A stretch of 64,000 bases of DNA. Source: an uncultured virus (IMG/VR IMGVR_UViG_3300032180_000385). Taxonomy: Duplodnaviria > Heunggongvirae > Uroviricota > Caudoviricetes. The notes under the pieces are model-generated. The model was not told the DNA's origin. It was given only the letters and a program-made list of their open reading frames with translations, and did no database searches. Positions 9,692-19,620 of the stretch are shown one piece after another (positions within the stretch are counted from its first letter, which is position 1; every line of letters begins with the position of its first letter). The stretch lies in IMG/VR virus record IMGVR_UViG_3300032180_000385, positions 62,001-126,000 of that record; one strand, 5' to 3'. The translations under genes and the position numbers were made by a program.

Positions 9692-12600
9692 ACAGCGTTA
9701 GAATTATCCGGTACGCCAATTACGCCAGGTGCGTTCGTCCAGGCTCCCTCCCCCGCAGTCACCGGCAGGTCTTCAGCCGTGGCCCAGCTGAGCGATGTCA
9801 CGTCGGTGATGACTGGGAACGCCGGCACGACGGCAAGAGTAGCCGGGTGCACGGTGGCGTTCGCATCGGCCACGACCGCCGGTACCGGGATCACCGCAGA
9901 GACGCTCAGCGCACTCGCGAAGATATGCGCGGCCTCGAACCCGGCAGTAGCGGCCGGTAGCGCTGAGGCAACGGCAAGCGTACTCGGAGCGACCGACGCG
10001 TTCACGATCCCGCTAGCCGATGGTGCCTGAATTGCGGTGAGCACGTTGAACGTCTCCGGGAAAACAATCGCGCTGTGGCCTGGCAGCCAGACGACAGACA
10101 GGCTTACAGCGTCAACGTTCACCGTTGCGCCGTGATTGCCCAGAAGAGTGCCGGCGATCACCCGCAGCCGGAGCGTGGCAAGCTGGCTGTAGGCTACCCC
10201 ACTGAATTCAACGACATCGGCGTGGCCGGGAACGGTAGACACGGTGCCCATCTGGGGAGAGCCGATCCGTGCAGAGGTTCCGTCCCACAGTTCGTACGAG
10301 GGCGCAACGATACTCGCGTTGGAACCGTATTGCACGATAGTGGCGATTACGGACTGGATGAGAGAACCGGCCGGTACCTGCGGGAATGAGCTGAACCCGT
10401 AGCCTTCTAGCGCTGGAGACATAGTCGCCACGCTTGGCGGCAGTGCCGTGCCCGCTCCGGCGACGGATCCCGCGATTACCCTGCTCGCGGGCGCGGGAGC
10501 CTGTGCAGCAGCAATGCCCGAAACCAATCCAGGAGCCAATCCCATCCCGGTAATTCCGAGACCGTAGAAACCTCCTCCGTAAGAACCTCCGCCATAGGTA
10601 ATTTCCGTCAAAGCGCTTGCAAGCCCGGTACTAGCGGCCTGGTTATCAGCATCGGGCGCCTGGCTTACGCCCGTCCCGGTAACAAGACCGACGGTAAGCC
10701 CGATACCGATAAGACTGAAACCATACACTCCCGCGCCGTACACGCCACCGCTGTACACAGGTCCTGTCAACCCAGCGGCGAATCCGGCAGCGACCTGATT
10801 ATCAGCATCTGGCGACAGAACCGTACCCGTACCGCCCGCAGTCCCTGAGCTAATCCCTCGACCGACTACCTGCGCCGTGCCCGTGCCTGAAACGAGTCCT
10901 GCGCCCCCCTGGTTATCGGCATCCGGTGCCTGCGCAGCTCCGGTTCCGGTGGCAAGACCTGGTGTCAGTCCGACCGCGAGCCCGGCAACGAGAGGAGCCC
11001 CTGTACCGATCCAGGCCTGATCAGAGGCGGCCAGGTTATCCAGCCAGAGCGTGGTCGTGCTGTTCGAGATGCTGGAACCAATAAGAGCGAAGCCAAATGT
11101 TGAAACATTATTGTTAGCCGCGTTGTTTACCGAGTCCAGCAAGGTGCCAGAGGTATCGTACATGCGGACAAATGCCTGCGCATTACCAGCTCCGGCTACG
11201 AACATACCTTCAATTCGGTACCAGGTATTCAAAGAGGCCGCCGTACCGGTACCAGTAACGTTACCGCCAGGGCCTGCTGCGAGCAAATGCCCCGAGCTAT
11301 TAATGAGCAACCCCAGTGCCCCGGTTCCAGCCCGGAATATATACCCGACAGAGTAGTTCGTCAGGTAAATATACGCCCGCATGTAAAGAATCGCCGGGTT
11401 GTATGGACATGGGTTCCAGCCGGTATAGCTGAGGCTCGCAGCAGTGACGAACTTATAAGCCAGAGAGCCGGCGAAAACCTGAGAGTTGTCAAAGGTAACT
11501 GTTCCCACGCCACCTTGGGTAAGCGCATCACCTGACACTCCGCCGGAGTTCCCTGCTGTTACGGCAGTTGTGTTCGAGCCGCCCTCGGCCGTGTTTTTCA
11601 GCGCCAGGAAGCGAGCGCAGGCGATTCCGGTACCTGTGGCGAGTCCGGCGGTGATCTGAACGTTCGAAGAAGGTGACTGCGATACCCCTGTTCCGGTAGT
11701 CAGTCCCGGTGTCAGCTCCGTACTCGGTACCTGAGCGGTTCCGGTGCCTGTCGCGAGTCCCGGAGTTAGCTCGATGCCCGATGCCGAAACGGATCCAGTA
11801 CCTGTTGCCAAACCGGGCGTCAGCTCGATGCCCTGTCCTGGCGGGGTAAGGACAGAAGCGTCGTCAATATACAGCTGGATGGTCGAGTCTGGCGTCCCGT
11901 TAAATCCTACGCTGGCATGAACCTTGTAAGTGCCTGCGGGTATAGTAAACGCGCCTGACGTGTAGAATCCAGCCGTCGCGGCGGGAAGGTTAAAAGAGGC
12001 AGGATAGTATCCGCCCAGGTAGTTGCTCCCGGAATAATCAAAGTAGTCCATGGTAAATCGGGTAAGAGAGTAACCTTGCGGGCTGTAAAGATAAGCCTGA
12101 ACCTGAAGAACCTGACCAGGGACAACGTTTATTGTCTCAATGGTGACGATGCCTGACGATACCCCAGTTGTTGTCATCAACCAGGACTGGGTGCCGTCGT
12201 TCGACCACCCAGAAGAAAGCGCTCCGGTCACGCCAGTTTGGAATACATTCCACAGCCCGGTACTGCCCTCGAAATTGTCGAAGGTGATGACCGTGGTTCC
12301 GGTGCCGGTAGCGAAAGAGGTTGCCTGTGGTGGTGTCAGCCCAATGCTCGTTGCCCGAGCTGTACCTGTACCGGTGGCTAGCCCCGCGGTCACCGTGAAA
12401 GTTTCCTTTGCCAGCAAAAGATAAGAGTTGCTGGAAACGGCTTCGTTGAACGTCTGACCACCGGGCGTGACCGTTCCCGTAGACGACAAGGTCTCCGTGT
12501 AAGCTGACACCGAGTTCGCGAAGGCCCCGCCCGCCCCCGCATATCCGCCCAGGGCGACAACTGAGAAACCACTGGACGGCGTGGTCATCGAGATAGCGGA

Positions 12601-13098
12601 AGAACCGCTTGTCTGGTAGCGCGCCGCGTTGAGAATGATCGCCATATCGGCTGCATACGTAGCAACAGCGGTATTAGGCGTATTCACCGTGCCTGGCGAT
12701 GTGATGACATGGACGCTGCTCTCAGCATCAAAAACAGCAGTAGCCGGAGCGTTCGCAGCCGTAGAGCGCAAGGCGAGCATCATATAGGCATAGGCAGCGC
12801 TGGTACCCCAGCTAAAGGTCGGAGCGGTATCTCCGGTAGCGTATGTTTTATACGCAAGCATGGACGTAAACGGGGCGTTCGTCGCAGCATTGCTGTCGCT
12901 GCTCGTGATCGTCCAGGTACCTGTGCCTGCACTCTGGGTGAAGGTCAGGCCGGAGGCAGTGACCAGGAAGATGACGAGAACGAGGTCGCCGTTGCTGGCT
13001 CCAGCTGTCGTCCAGCCCGTATACTGGGTTGCCTGCGAGGTGACACCGGCCGTTCCGCTGTTACTCGGCGCTAGGTACCCGCGTAGTGCTACGGCCAC
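9676..13098 (-). CDS. large Gly/Ala/Thr-rich virion fibre/decoration protein with carbohydrate-binding-like domains
   Basis: 1140 aa; GLATGTG and PDADNQ repeats; CBM-like segment (FEGS..LW...LYIDDASV); GAGGAGG RBS. Confidence 0.65.
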   Translation of the reverse strand: MAVALRGYLAPSNSGTAGVTSQATQYTGWTTAGASNGDLVLVIFLVTASGLTFTQSAGTGTWTITSSDSNAATNAPFTSMLAYKTYATGDTAPTFSWGTSAAYAYMMLALRSTAANAPATAVFDAESSVHVITSPGTVNTPNTAVATYAADMAIILNAARYQTSGSSAISMTTPSSGFSVVALGGYAGAGGAFANSVSAYTETLSSTGTVTPGGQTFNEAVSSNSYLLLAKETFTVTAGLATGTGTARATSIGLTPPQATSFATGTGTTVITFDNFEGSTGLWNVFQTGVTGALSSGWSNDGTQSWLMTTTGVSSGIVTIETINVVPGQVLQVQAYLYSPQGYSLTRFTMDYFDYSGSNYLGGYYPASFNLPAATAGFYTSGAFTIPAGTYKVHASVGFNGTPDSTIQLYIDDASVLTPPGQGIELTPGLATGTGSVSASGIELTPGLATGTGTAQVPSTELTPGLTTGTGVSQSPSSNVQITAGLATGTGIACARFLALKNTAEGGSNTTAVTAGNSGGVSGDALTQGGVGTVTFDNSQVFAGSLAYKFVTAASLSYTGWNPCPYNPAILYMRAYIYLTNYSVGYIFRAGTGALGLLINSSGHLLAAGPGGNVTGTGTAASLNTWYRIEGMFVAGAGNAQAFVRMYDTSGTLLDSVNNAANNNVSTFGFALIGSSISNSTTTLWLDNLAASDQAWIGTGAPLVAGLAVGLTPGLATGTGAAQAPDADNQGGAGLVSGTGTAQVVGRGISSGTAGGTGTVLSPDADNQVAAGFAAGLTGPVYSGGVYGAGVYGFSLIGIGLTVGLVTGTGVSQAPDADNQAASTGLASALTEITYGGGSYGGGFYGLGITGMGLAPGLVSGIAAAQAPAPASRVIAGSVAGAGTALPPSVATMSPALEGYGFSSFPQVPAGSLIQSVIATIVQYGSNASIVAPSYELWDGTSARIGSPQMGTVSTVPGHADVVEFSGVAYSQLATLRLRVIAGTLLGNHGATVNVDAVSLSVVWLPGHSAIVFPETFNVLTAIQAPSASGIVNASVAPSTLAVASALPAATAGFEAAHIFASALSVSAVIPVPAVVADANATVHPATLAVVPAFPVITDVTSLSWATAEDLPVTAGEGAWTNAPGVIGVPDNSNAVWTVP

Positions 13099-13151
13099 GG
13101 CTGGTCACCTCCTCGGTGCGCTGCTACCGTCTATTATGCGGCTTGACGCTT

Positions 13152-14540
13152 CTAGTGATAATTGAGACCACGAACCGAAGCGTAGGTACTCACTCCATCC
13201 GGTGTCCACACATCGCAGACGTCCTCGTACCCGTTCGTCGATGACAGCGTGACCACTCCTGACCCGACGGTGGTAGCCGCCCCCGTTATCGTCAGTGTCC
13301 CTGCGGCTCCTGAAGCTGGCTGCTTGACGTGAAGAACAATCTTCTGGGCATACCCGGCGATGATATTCTTGAAAGAGATGGTATTCGCTCCGTTAGCAAG
13401 AGTAATCTTGAACGTATTTCCTTCGGCGTTGTAGATACCGTCACCGACCGCTGCGTAAACAGTCTGGGATCCTGCCTCCAGTACTCCGCCCATAAGTATA
13501 GCAGAAAACCCCAGGCCTCTCGTATTCGCCAGGAAATCTCCGGAGGTATTGCAGTCCATTATCCCGTTGAAGCTAAACTGGTACGTAAACTCCAGGCCGC
13601 TTGTCTGCTTGTATGCGGCAGGCGAGCTGCTGTAGATCCTGATGACTCCTATGTTTCCGTAGAAGTTAAAGCTACCCCCGGCGTTAATCGGGACCGGCCC
13701 GACGTTTCCGGCTCCGGCATCCGCTTCCATGTTGATGTTGATGATGGACTCAAGGATTCCTGCTCCGGTATTCCCGAAGTCAATTCCCTTGCCCGTGTCC
13801 GAGGTCCCGCACTTGTTGTTCAGCGAGAAGTTAAATACGGGACAGGCAAAGAATCTCGATCCGCCCTGGAAGGCCAGTCCTGTCTGATTCGGGTTACAGA
13901 GGGTCTTAATGTTGACTGAAGCTCCACCGATAACATTCAGACCGGAAGTGTTCCTAGCTAGAACGCCTGTTGTGCAATTACTAGTGTTGAAATCAAAAAC
14001 ACCCCAGTTAGTCCACCCGACCAGGCTGTCTACCACGATTCCAAGCTGGCCTGCGGCCGAATAATTCTGTGCGCTCACCGATGACTTAGGGCTGTTGATA
14101 TCTCCGCACACGAACCCTATCGCGTTAGCCCCGGCATTAGTCCCGTCAACGATAAAACCTGATACATAACCGCCGAGAGAAACAGTCGGGCTGGTAGAAC
14201 CAATGTTGAACGCTGAGTCGTACTGATGAAGCCAGGTATTGTTTCCGGTATGGTTGATTGTCGCGCCGGGAGAGATAAAGTTCTGCTGAACACCAAGAAC
14301 GTGACCACCGCTGTCCTTATACGTTCCCGGAGGCAGGAAGATGGTGCCTGGCGACGTCCCAAGTGAAGTGAAAGCGGCAGCGATGGCAGTGCTGCTGTCA
14401 TTGACTCCGGTAGAATCAGCACCCTGAACGGTAATCTGCCCAGCTGTCGACCCGTCAGCATTGTGACCAACCAGCAGCCAATTGTTGAGCTGCGTCCCCC
14501 AGATATTAGTGCTGCCGCTAACCGTCGGCAGGGATGCCAT
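13152..14540 (-). CDS. tailspike/fibre with pectate-lyase-3-like beta-helix
   Basis: GADSTGVNDSSTAIAAAF....TIFLPPGTY motif; N-terminal WGTQLNxWLxVxHxADGS anchor. Confidence 0.7.
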   Translation of the reverse strand: MASLPTVSGSTNIWGTQLNNWLLVGHNADGSTAGQITVQGADSTGVNDSSTAIAAAFTSLGTSPGTIFLPPGTYKDSGGHVLGVQQNFISPGATINHTGNNTWLHQYDSAFNIGSTSPTVSLGGYVSGFIVDGTNAGANAIGFVCGDINSPKSSVSAQNYSAAGQLGIVVDSLVGWTNWGVFDFNTSNCTTGVLARNTSGLNVIGGASVNIKTLCNPNQTGLAFQGGSRFFACPVFNFSLNNKCGTSDTGKGIDFGNTGAGILESIININMEADAGAGNVGPVPINAGGSFNFYGNIGVIRIYSSSPAAYKQTSGLEFTYQFSFNGIMDCNTSGDFLANTRGLGFSAILMGGVLEAGSQTVYAAVGDGIYNAEGNTFKITLANGANTISFKNIIAGYAQKIVLHVKQPASGAAGTLTITGAATTVGSGVVTLSSTNGYEDVCDVWTPDGVSTYASVRGLNYH

Positions 14541-14567
14541 GCCACCTCCGCGAGCAACGAGAACCGG

Positions 14568-14591
14568 CTGGCTCCACGCTTACGGCCGCAG
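14568..14591 (-). promoter_or_regulatory. late-leader hairpin motif, copy d
   Basis: TGG-TACGCT-N13-CTGCGGCC-N8-GGAGCCAG, then GGAGG and ATG. Confidence 0.65.
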
Positions 14592-14694
14592 CATCTTGCT
14601 CTTCAGCGTACCAGTCCTGGCTGTCTCTCGACTGTCTCTGCCAGAAATCTGCCTCAAAACGCTGAGCACCATTGTCACAGCAGCCCCTCCTGGT

Positions 14695-14931
14695 CTACTC
14701 CGCCCCAGGCTCTGCTCTGCGAGATGCTTCTTCCAGGTACACAGCTGCTGCACGCAACCGGATCGGATCATGACCGGCATGACCAATGAAAAGGTTGCAG
14801 TTTCCGCAAAGAAGACCCCTGATTACACCGGTTCCATGATCATGGTCGACATGCGGACTTTTACCCTTACCCGTACTGCGGAGAACTCCCTGGAAGCCCC
14901 AGCACGTATTTAAGCGGTGTACTGCCCGCAT
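14695..14931 (-). pseudogene. truncated endonuclease VII-like gene
   Basis: VDHDHGTGVIRGLLCGNCN..IG...D...LRAAAVYL; the N-terminal CxxC is missing. Confidence 0.65.
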
Positions 14932-14992
14932 CTAGTTCGCCTGACCCGTATTGCTGCTGCGTCCATACTCTCAGCATTTTCTGTCCTGCCCT

Positions 14993-15943
14993 CTAAACGG
15001 CGATGTTAAAGACTGCGGTAACGAGTGCTCCACCAGGTGTCGCCCAAAGGATCGTATTCCCGGTGAAGTACTGAGTCCCGTTGAGGCGAGCATACCAGGT
15101 GCGATTCGGCGTTTGCACGCACCACACCAGATCAGCCGTCTCGGCAGTAGCGGTCAGGTCGGCTACCTTGTCCGTTCGCTCCGTTTCACTAATGCAGAGC
15201 TGCGCATCCGACGGAAGAGTCTGGGTCGTGTACCACTCGATTCCGTCTGCGCCCGGGGTTGTAGCCGGCCAGCGATGACCTGGAGTAGTAACCGACGAGT
15301 GCGAGGGGCCGTCCATCCGGATGACATCGTAAGGACCGTCGTGGAAAACGTGCACCGATGTAACGGGCTGCCATTCCGCTTGCCCGGTAACCGTGTTCAG
15401 AGTCAGGCAGATATCGCCAGGGATTACCTCGTCGTAACGAAGCCAGCCGCGCTCCGTCATAATTTCAGTATCCGGGCTAACGCAGAACGTTCCGGCCGTG
15501 ACCGTTTGCGATCCGCCGAAGTAGTTGAAGCAGAGGCCCTGTTGTGCCGTGCCCGCCCCAGTAATGGTATTATCGTATACCAAACATCCGTAAAAACCGG
15601 TCAGCGTTACCGTTCCGCCGCCTGGGGTGTTTGCCGCCGTAAAGCAGATAGAACTAGAACCGGTGTCGATGGCGAATGCCTTGCCGGTGAGCGCGATACC
15701 ACCGGCCGCCCAGTTTGTGCTAGTGACCTCATTACCAGTGACCCACTGGGCGACAGCGTAGGCTGAGTTGGCAACCGAGACTGTCTTGTCCGGCGCCGTG
15801 GTGTTGTTGAATAGCGCGACTTTAATCGAGTCGGCGGACAGGCTGCCATAAGTAGGCGGGGCTGCGGTAGTCCAGCACCTGCCCAGAATTGGGTTAAGCG
15901 CGGCCTGCTGGAAAATAGCCGATCCTGCGGTGGCCCAGCTCAT
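14993..15943 (-). CDS. virion structural protein containing a mini-intein
   Basis: Extein is paralogous to 8687..9154; intein inserted at GTF|TILW. Confidence 0.75.
   Translation of the reverse strand: MSWATAGSAIFQQAALNPILGRCWTTAAPPTYGSLSADSIKVALFNNTTAPDKTVSVANSAYAVAQWVTGNEVTSTNWAAGGIALTGKAFAIDTGSSSICFTAANTPGGGTVTLTGFYGCLVYDNTITGAGTAQQGLCFNYFGGSQTVTAGTFCVSPDTEIMTERGWLRYDEVIPGDICLTLNTVTGQAEWQPVTSVHVFHDGPYDVIRMDGPSHSSVTTPGHRWPATTPGADGIEWYTTQTLPSDAQLCISETERTDKVADLTATAETADLVWCVQTPNRTWYARLNGTQYFTGNTILWATPGGALVTAVFNIAV
15056..15484 (-). mobile_element. mini-intein (143 aa, no endonuclease)
   Basis: Begins CVSPDTEIMTERGW, block B TPGHRW, ends YFTGN followed by Thr. Confidence 0.85.
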
Positions 15944-15950
15944 AATCGCA

Positions 15951-16136
15951 TCATTCCTTCATTTTCTTCTCGTTGCTGTTTTCTGGCTTGACCGCACCTT
16001 GGGCGGCTGCCAAGCCTGCCTGAACGGTAAAGGCTGGAGGTTCCGGAGACGCCGTCATTGAAGCAGACGCGACTCCACCCAGGGCGAGTGCCTGCTCTCG
16101 TTCGGTTTTCAGCCGACGTCGCTGACGCTTTCCCAT
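15951..16136 (-). CDS. hypothetical protein
   Basis: Small ORF in the operon with an AGLAAA motif. Confidence 0.4.
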   Translation of the reverse strand: MGKRQRRRLKTEREQALALGGVASASMTASPEPPAFTVQAGLAAAQGAVKPENSNEKKMKE

Positions 16137-16138
16137 GT

Positions 16139-16459
16139 TCAGTCTCCCCGCTTGCCGCTAGCCACTGACAGCCCCTGATCGCGCAAGATGCACGCAGCCG
16201 CGTCGAGGGAAACCCAGCCGTACTGATAGCCGGCAACCGCAACACTGCCGATGTGGACCTTCTCGCGCTCCTGACGTACATTAGCCAGCTCCGCGCGCAG
16301 CGCCCGGACGGTCTTCCGGCGGAAACCGAGGTGCTCGGCAATCAGCGGGATATAGTCAACTGATACCCAGCCGGGATTTTCGCGCTCGATCAGGCCCATT
16401 CGCTGCAGCTCGCGCACCGCTCGGATCGTCGTGTCCATGTCAACGTCGGCAGGATTCAT
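16139..16459 (-). CDS. hypothetical protein
   Basis: ORF in the operon. Confidence 0.45.
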   Translation of the reverse strand: MNPADVDMDTTIRAVRELQRMGLIERENPGWVSVDYIPLIAEHLGFRRKTVRALRAELANVRQEREKVHIGSVAVAGYQYGWVSLDAAACILRDQGLSVASGKRGD

Positions 16460-16465
16460 GAGCCG

Positions 16466-16795
16466 TCAGTCCCCGAGCCTGAGCTGCGCGAGCCCGGCGT
16501 TAGCGGCTAGATCGGTACCCTCGTCGCGAGTTGTCCTGATCGACATGTACGGCCGGCCATCGTCTCCGGTCGCCTGGATCTCACCGTTCAGGTAATCCTC
16601 GCGCTCGACAGCCTCCACCTTGCAGGCAGTCCCGGCGCGAACGAGAGGCGCGGTGAGGTAATGCAGCCGCGGGCAGGTATGGAACCGTGAAGAGCCGGGG
16701 GGTAGCGCGGGGACTCGCTCTGACAGCCCGCAGTTGGGACATGACCAGTCTTCAAACGGCGTTCGCAGCAGCGGTACGTTCCGCGGCACGTCCAT
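16466..16795 (-). CDS. Zn-ribbon-containing hypothetical protein
   Basis: WSCPNCG...FHTCP; ATG follows leader motif copy e. Confidence 0.6.
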   Translation of the reverse strand: MDVPRNVPLLRTPFEDWSCPNCGLSERVPALPPGSSRFHTCPRLHYLTAPLVRAGTACKVEAVEREDYLNGEIQATGDDGRPYMSIRTTRDEGTDLAANAGLAQLRLGD

Positions 16796-16821
16796 GCGGC
16801 AGCTCCCGGGTTCGGAATCCG

Positions 16822-16842
16822 CCGGCTCCTGGGTGGCCGCAG
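16822..16842 (-). promoter_or_regulatory. late-leader hairpin motif, copy e
   Basis: TGC-TATGCT-N14-CTGCGGCC-ACCCA-GGAGCCGG. Confidence 0.7.
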
Positions 16843-16890
16843 CGCTACTGACCTTCAGCATAGCAGCCTGGACAACACTCGTTCCGCTGG

Positions 16891-19260
16891 CTACTGGAAA
16901 TAGGTAATCACGAGCGCGTACCCGGCGGCGCCCTGAGCGCCCGCACCTGAAGACGTGCCGCCTGAGCATGCTCCTCCGCCTCCGCCACCGCCGCCAGTGT
17001 TCGCCTGAGGAGATGCCCCCGCCTGTGCCGCTCCGGTGATCGCCGCCGCCCCGCCACCGCCACCAGGCCCAGTTCCGCCTTGAAAGGCCGGAGCCGTACC
17101 GCTAGTCGGAGATGCCCCGCCGACAATACCGCCAGCAGAAGTATTGGCACTTGATCCCAGGAATGTATAATAACCGACTCCGCCATTGGCAGCCGTCGGC
17201 CCGGAAGCGATCACCCCGCCACCTCCGCCGCCGCCGCTTGTCGCACCTTGGACTGCGGCATCACTGGTTCCGCCGGTTCCTGTCGTTCCGGTACCACCCG
17301 CTCCACCGGTTGTCAGCCCGGATCCGCCTCCACCGCCGGCTGCCGTTCCCGACGCACCCGGCCCAGCCGCGCCTGCTGCTCCACCGTGCGCCCACAGATA
17401 AGAACCGAAAAACGTTCCTGATCCGGCAACGCCTGGGTTACCCGCGCCAGCCCCCGTAACGGCCGCTCCGCCCGCTCCCCCGGTGCCGAGGGTGACCGCG
17501 ACCGTGCCGGATAGCTGTGACGCCTGAAACATGGCCGTCGAATAGCCGCCTCCTCCGCCGCCACTACCGCCGACTGCGGCTCCGCTTGCCTCGAATGCCC
17601 CGGATCCGCCGCCACCGCCGTCCGCGACGAGGGCGACATAAACAGTCTGCGCTCCAGCTGGCTTCGTCCATGTTGCCGTGGAGGTATAAAAATTGACTTG
17701 CGGAGTGACAATTGAAGATCCGGGGGTGTCTAGATTAGTCCACGAGCCACCCGAACCGGTACCGGTAAAAATAGATTCGAGGTCTCCGGAAGCGACAGCG
17801 GTATAAACCCCGGTAGCAGGAGCGTAGTTAGCGTAGTTCCGGACCGAAATGCTCACCGGGCTGGCGCCGGCTGGAACGATGCAGGTAGCTTTCGGGCCAT
17901 TCAGCGTCACCAGGTCCAGGTTGACTCTGCACGGCCGTGTGCTCGCCGATCCGCTGATCGATATAATCGGAGCCTGATAAGCACCTGAGGAATACATCAG
18001 AGCTGATATACTATTAAAACTCCACTGACCGCCGATGACAGTAATAAGCGGATTACCAGCCTGCGGATAAACAGTTGTAAAGGCAATATCCTCAAATGAT
18101 ACCGGAGTCGGACTGAAACTATTGGTACCAAGGATAAATTGTGAACTGTTCTGCGACTGAATATTTTTAATTGTCGTCTGACCAGCACTATTATCAGTGA
18201 AATAAAAATCACACCAGTTCTGCGCTGGCTGGGCTCCGAGCAGAGCGAAACTAGAGCAATTTATCTTGTATCCGTAGTAGCACAGGTTAGCATCAACTCC
18301 GAGACCCCGGTGATCATAGTTGTTCCCGTTGCCGCCGCAGCCGAAGGCAAAAGCCACCAACCAGTTCCCGGTGCTGCTCCAGGATCCACCTGCCTGTCCT
18401 CCGGTTACGATAACATTTTCTAGCGTCGTGCCGTCGACCTGTCGGGCACCGTTTCCTTCTAGCGAGAGCCCAGTAATGAATTTAAGAGTACGAATACGAA
18501 TATCCCGGAAGCAGTTTCCCGAAGTCGACCGAGCTGCGACATTAGCCGATACAACAGCGACCGTTACGGTAACGGTTCCGGTGGCCGTGCAGTTCTGCGA
18601 CAGCGTCCACCCGACACCGGAAGTGGAGGTGAGAACAGTCGTCCCGCCGGGGATGCCGGTACCCGTTACCGTCGCGCCGACGTCGTAGGCCTGAGCCAGA
18701 GTGTTAGTTACGACCGCCGACCCGGAAATAGTTCCGCAGCCCGCGTCGGTCCGGCTGGCCGTCACCCAGTCGAGCCGGATGCCGTCAATGACCTGCTCGG
18801 TTCCGTCACCCGTGACCTCGAAGCCCTCGAACACCCCGTCCGCAGATCCGTTAACGAACAGCACCGCCTGGGTGAACCCGGTTCCGGACGCGCGGATGTT
18901 GGTCATCGCCGGGCCGTCGCCGATCAGCTTGAAGTTCTGCACCGACTGGATAATCAGGTCCGACGTTACTTTGTACGTACCGCGTGGGAGGTAGACCGGT
19001 GCGAGCGCTCCCCGGGTATGTGTGGCTGGAGCAGCATTGCCGGTGGCGGCGTTAATGGCCGCCTGAATCGCAGCGGTGTCATCGGTGGTGCCGTTGCCGG
19101 TCGCCCCGTACTGCGGGTCCTGCACGTTGATGACACCGCTGACACCGTTGACGCTGGCCAGGGATCCGTCAGCCTTGTGCGCGACCCGCAGCCAGGTATT
19201 GAGCTGCGTGCCCCATGAGTTCTGGCTAGCGCCCTGGCTGGGAAGGCTCGGCGTTGTCAT
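16891..19260 (-). CDS. tailspike/fibre: anchor + pectate-lyase-3-like beta-helix + C-terminal glycine-rich domain
   Basis: INVQDPQYGATGNGTTDDTAAIQAAI...VYLPRGTYKV; WTKPAGA...GGGGG C-terminal domain. Confidence 0.75.
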   Translation of the reverse strand: MTTPSLPSQGASQNSWGTQLNTWLRVAHKADGSLASVNGVSGVINVQDPQYGATGNGTTDDTAAIQAAINAATGNAAPATHTRGALAPVYLPRGTYKVTSDLIIQSVQNFKLIGDGPAMTNIRASGTGFTQAVLFVNGSADGVFEGFEVTGDGTEQVIDGIRLDWVTASRTDAGCGTISGSAVVTNTLAQAYDVGATVTGTGIPGGTTVLTSTSGVGWTLSQNCTATGTVTVTVAVVSANVAARSTSGNCFRDIRIRTLKFITGLSLEGNGARQVDGTTLENVIVTGGQAGGSWSSTGNWLVAFAFGCGGNGNNYDHRGLGVDANLCYYGYKINCSSFALLGAQPAQNWCDFYFTDNSAGQTTIKNIQSQNSSQFILGTNSFSPTPVSFEDIAFTTVYPQAGNPLITVIGGQWSFNSISALMYSSGAYQAPIISISGSASTRPCRVNLDLVTLNGPKATCIVPAGASPVSISVRNYANYAPATGVYTAVASGDLESIFTGTGSGGSWTNLDTPGSSIVTPQVNFYTSTATWTKPAGAQTVYVALVADGGGGGSGAFEASGAAVGGSGGGGGGYSTAMFQASQLSGTVAVTLGTGGAGGAAVTGAGAGNPGVAGSGTFFGSYLWAHGGAAGAAGPGASGTAAGGGGGSGLTTGGAGGTGTTGTGGTSDAAVQGATSGGGGGGGVIASGPTAANGGVGYYTFLGSSANTSAGGIVGGASPTSGTAPAFQGGTGPGGGGGAAAITGAAQAGASPQANTGGGGGGGGACSGGTSSGAGAQGAAGYALVITYFQ

Positions 19261-19290
19261 GCGGCTGCTCCCGGATCGCGAGTGTCCCCG

Positions 19291-19312
19291 CCGGCTCCGT
19301 CTCAGGCCGCAG
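19291..19312 (-). promoter_or_regulatory. late-leader hairpin motif, copy f
   Basis: TGA-TACGCT-N14-CTGCGGCC-TGAGAC-GGAGCCGG. Confidence 0.7.
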
Positions 19313-19332
19313 CGCTACTGGCCTCTAGCGTA

Positions 19333-19620
19333 TCAGCCTTGGTTCCGCCCGTTTCGCTGGCTGAGCGCCGCCACATCGAAAACCGTGGCCGGAACCACCT
19401 TGCTGCCGCCTCCGGCCATAGAATCACGGAGACCCGTCAGGACATCCAGCCAGTTGCCTAGATCTTCAGCGCTGAGCAACGCGGTGAACGTAGTCGAGGC
19501 AGACCGCAGCGTGATCACGGCGAAAGTACCGGCAGGCGCATCGATGGTACCGGTCTCCAGGCGGACGGGCACCTGAGTGAGCAGCTGGTTCGCAGAATCG
19601 ACGAACGACGGAGTTGTCAC
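19333..19620 (-). CDS. hypothetical protein
   Basis: GTGA coupling to the upstream methyltransferase gene. Confidence 0.55.
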   Translation of the reverse strand: MTTPSFVDSANQLLTQVPVRLETGTIDAPAGTFAVITLRSASTTFTALLSAEDLGNWLDVLTGLRDSMAGGGSKVVPATVFDVAALSQRNGRNQG

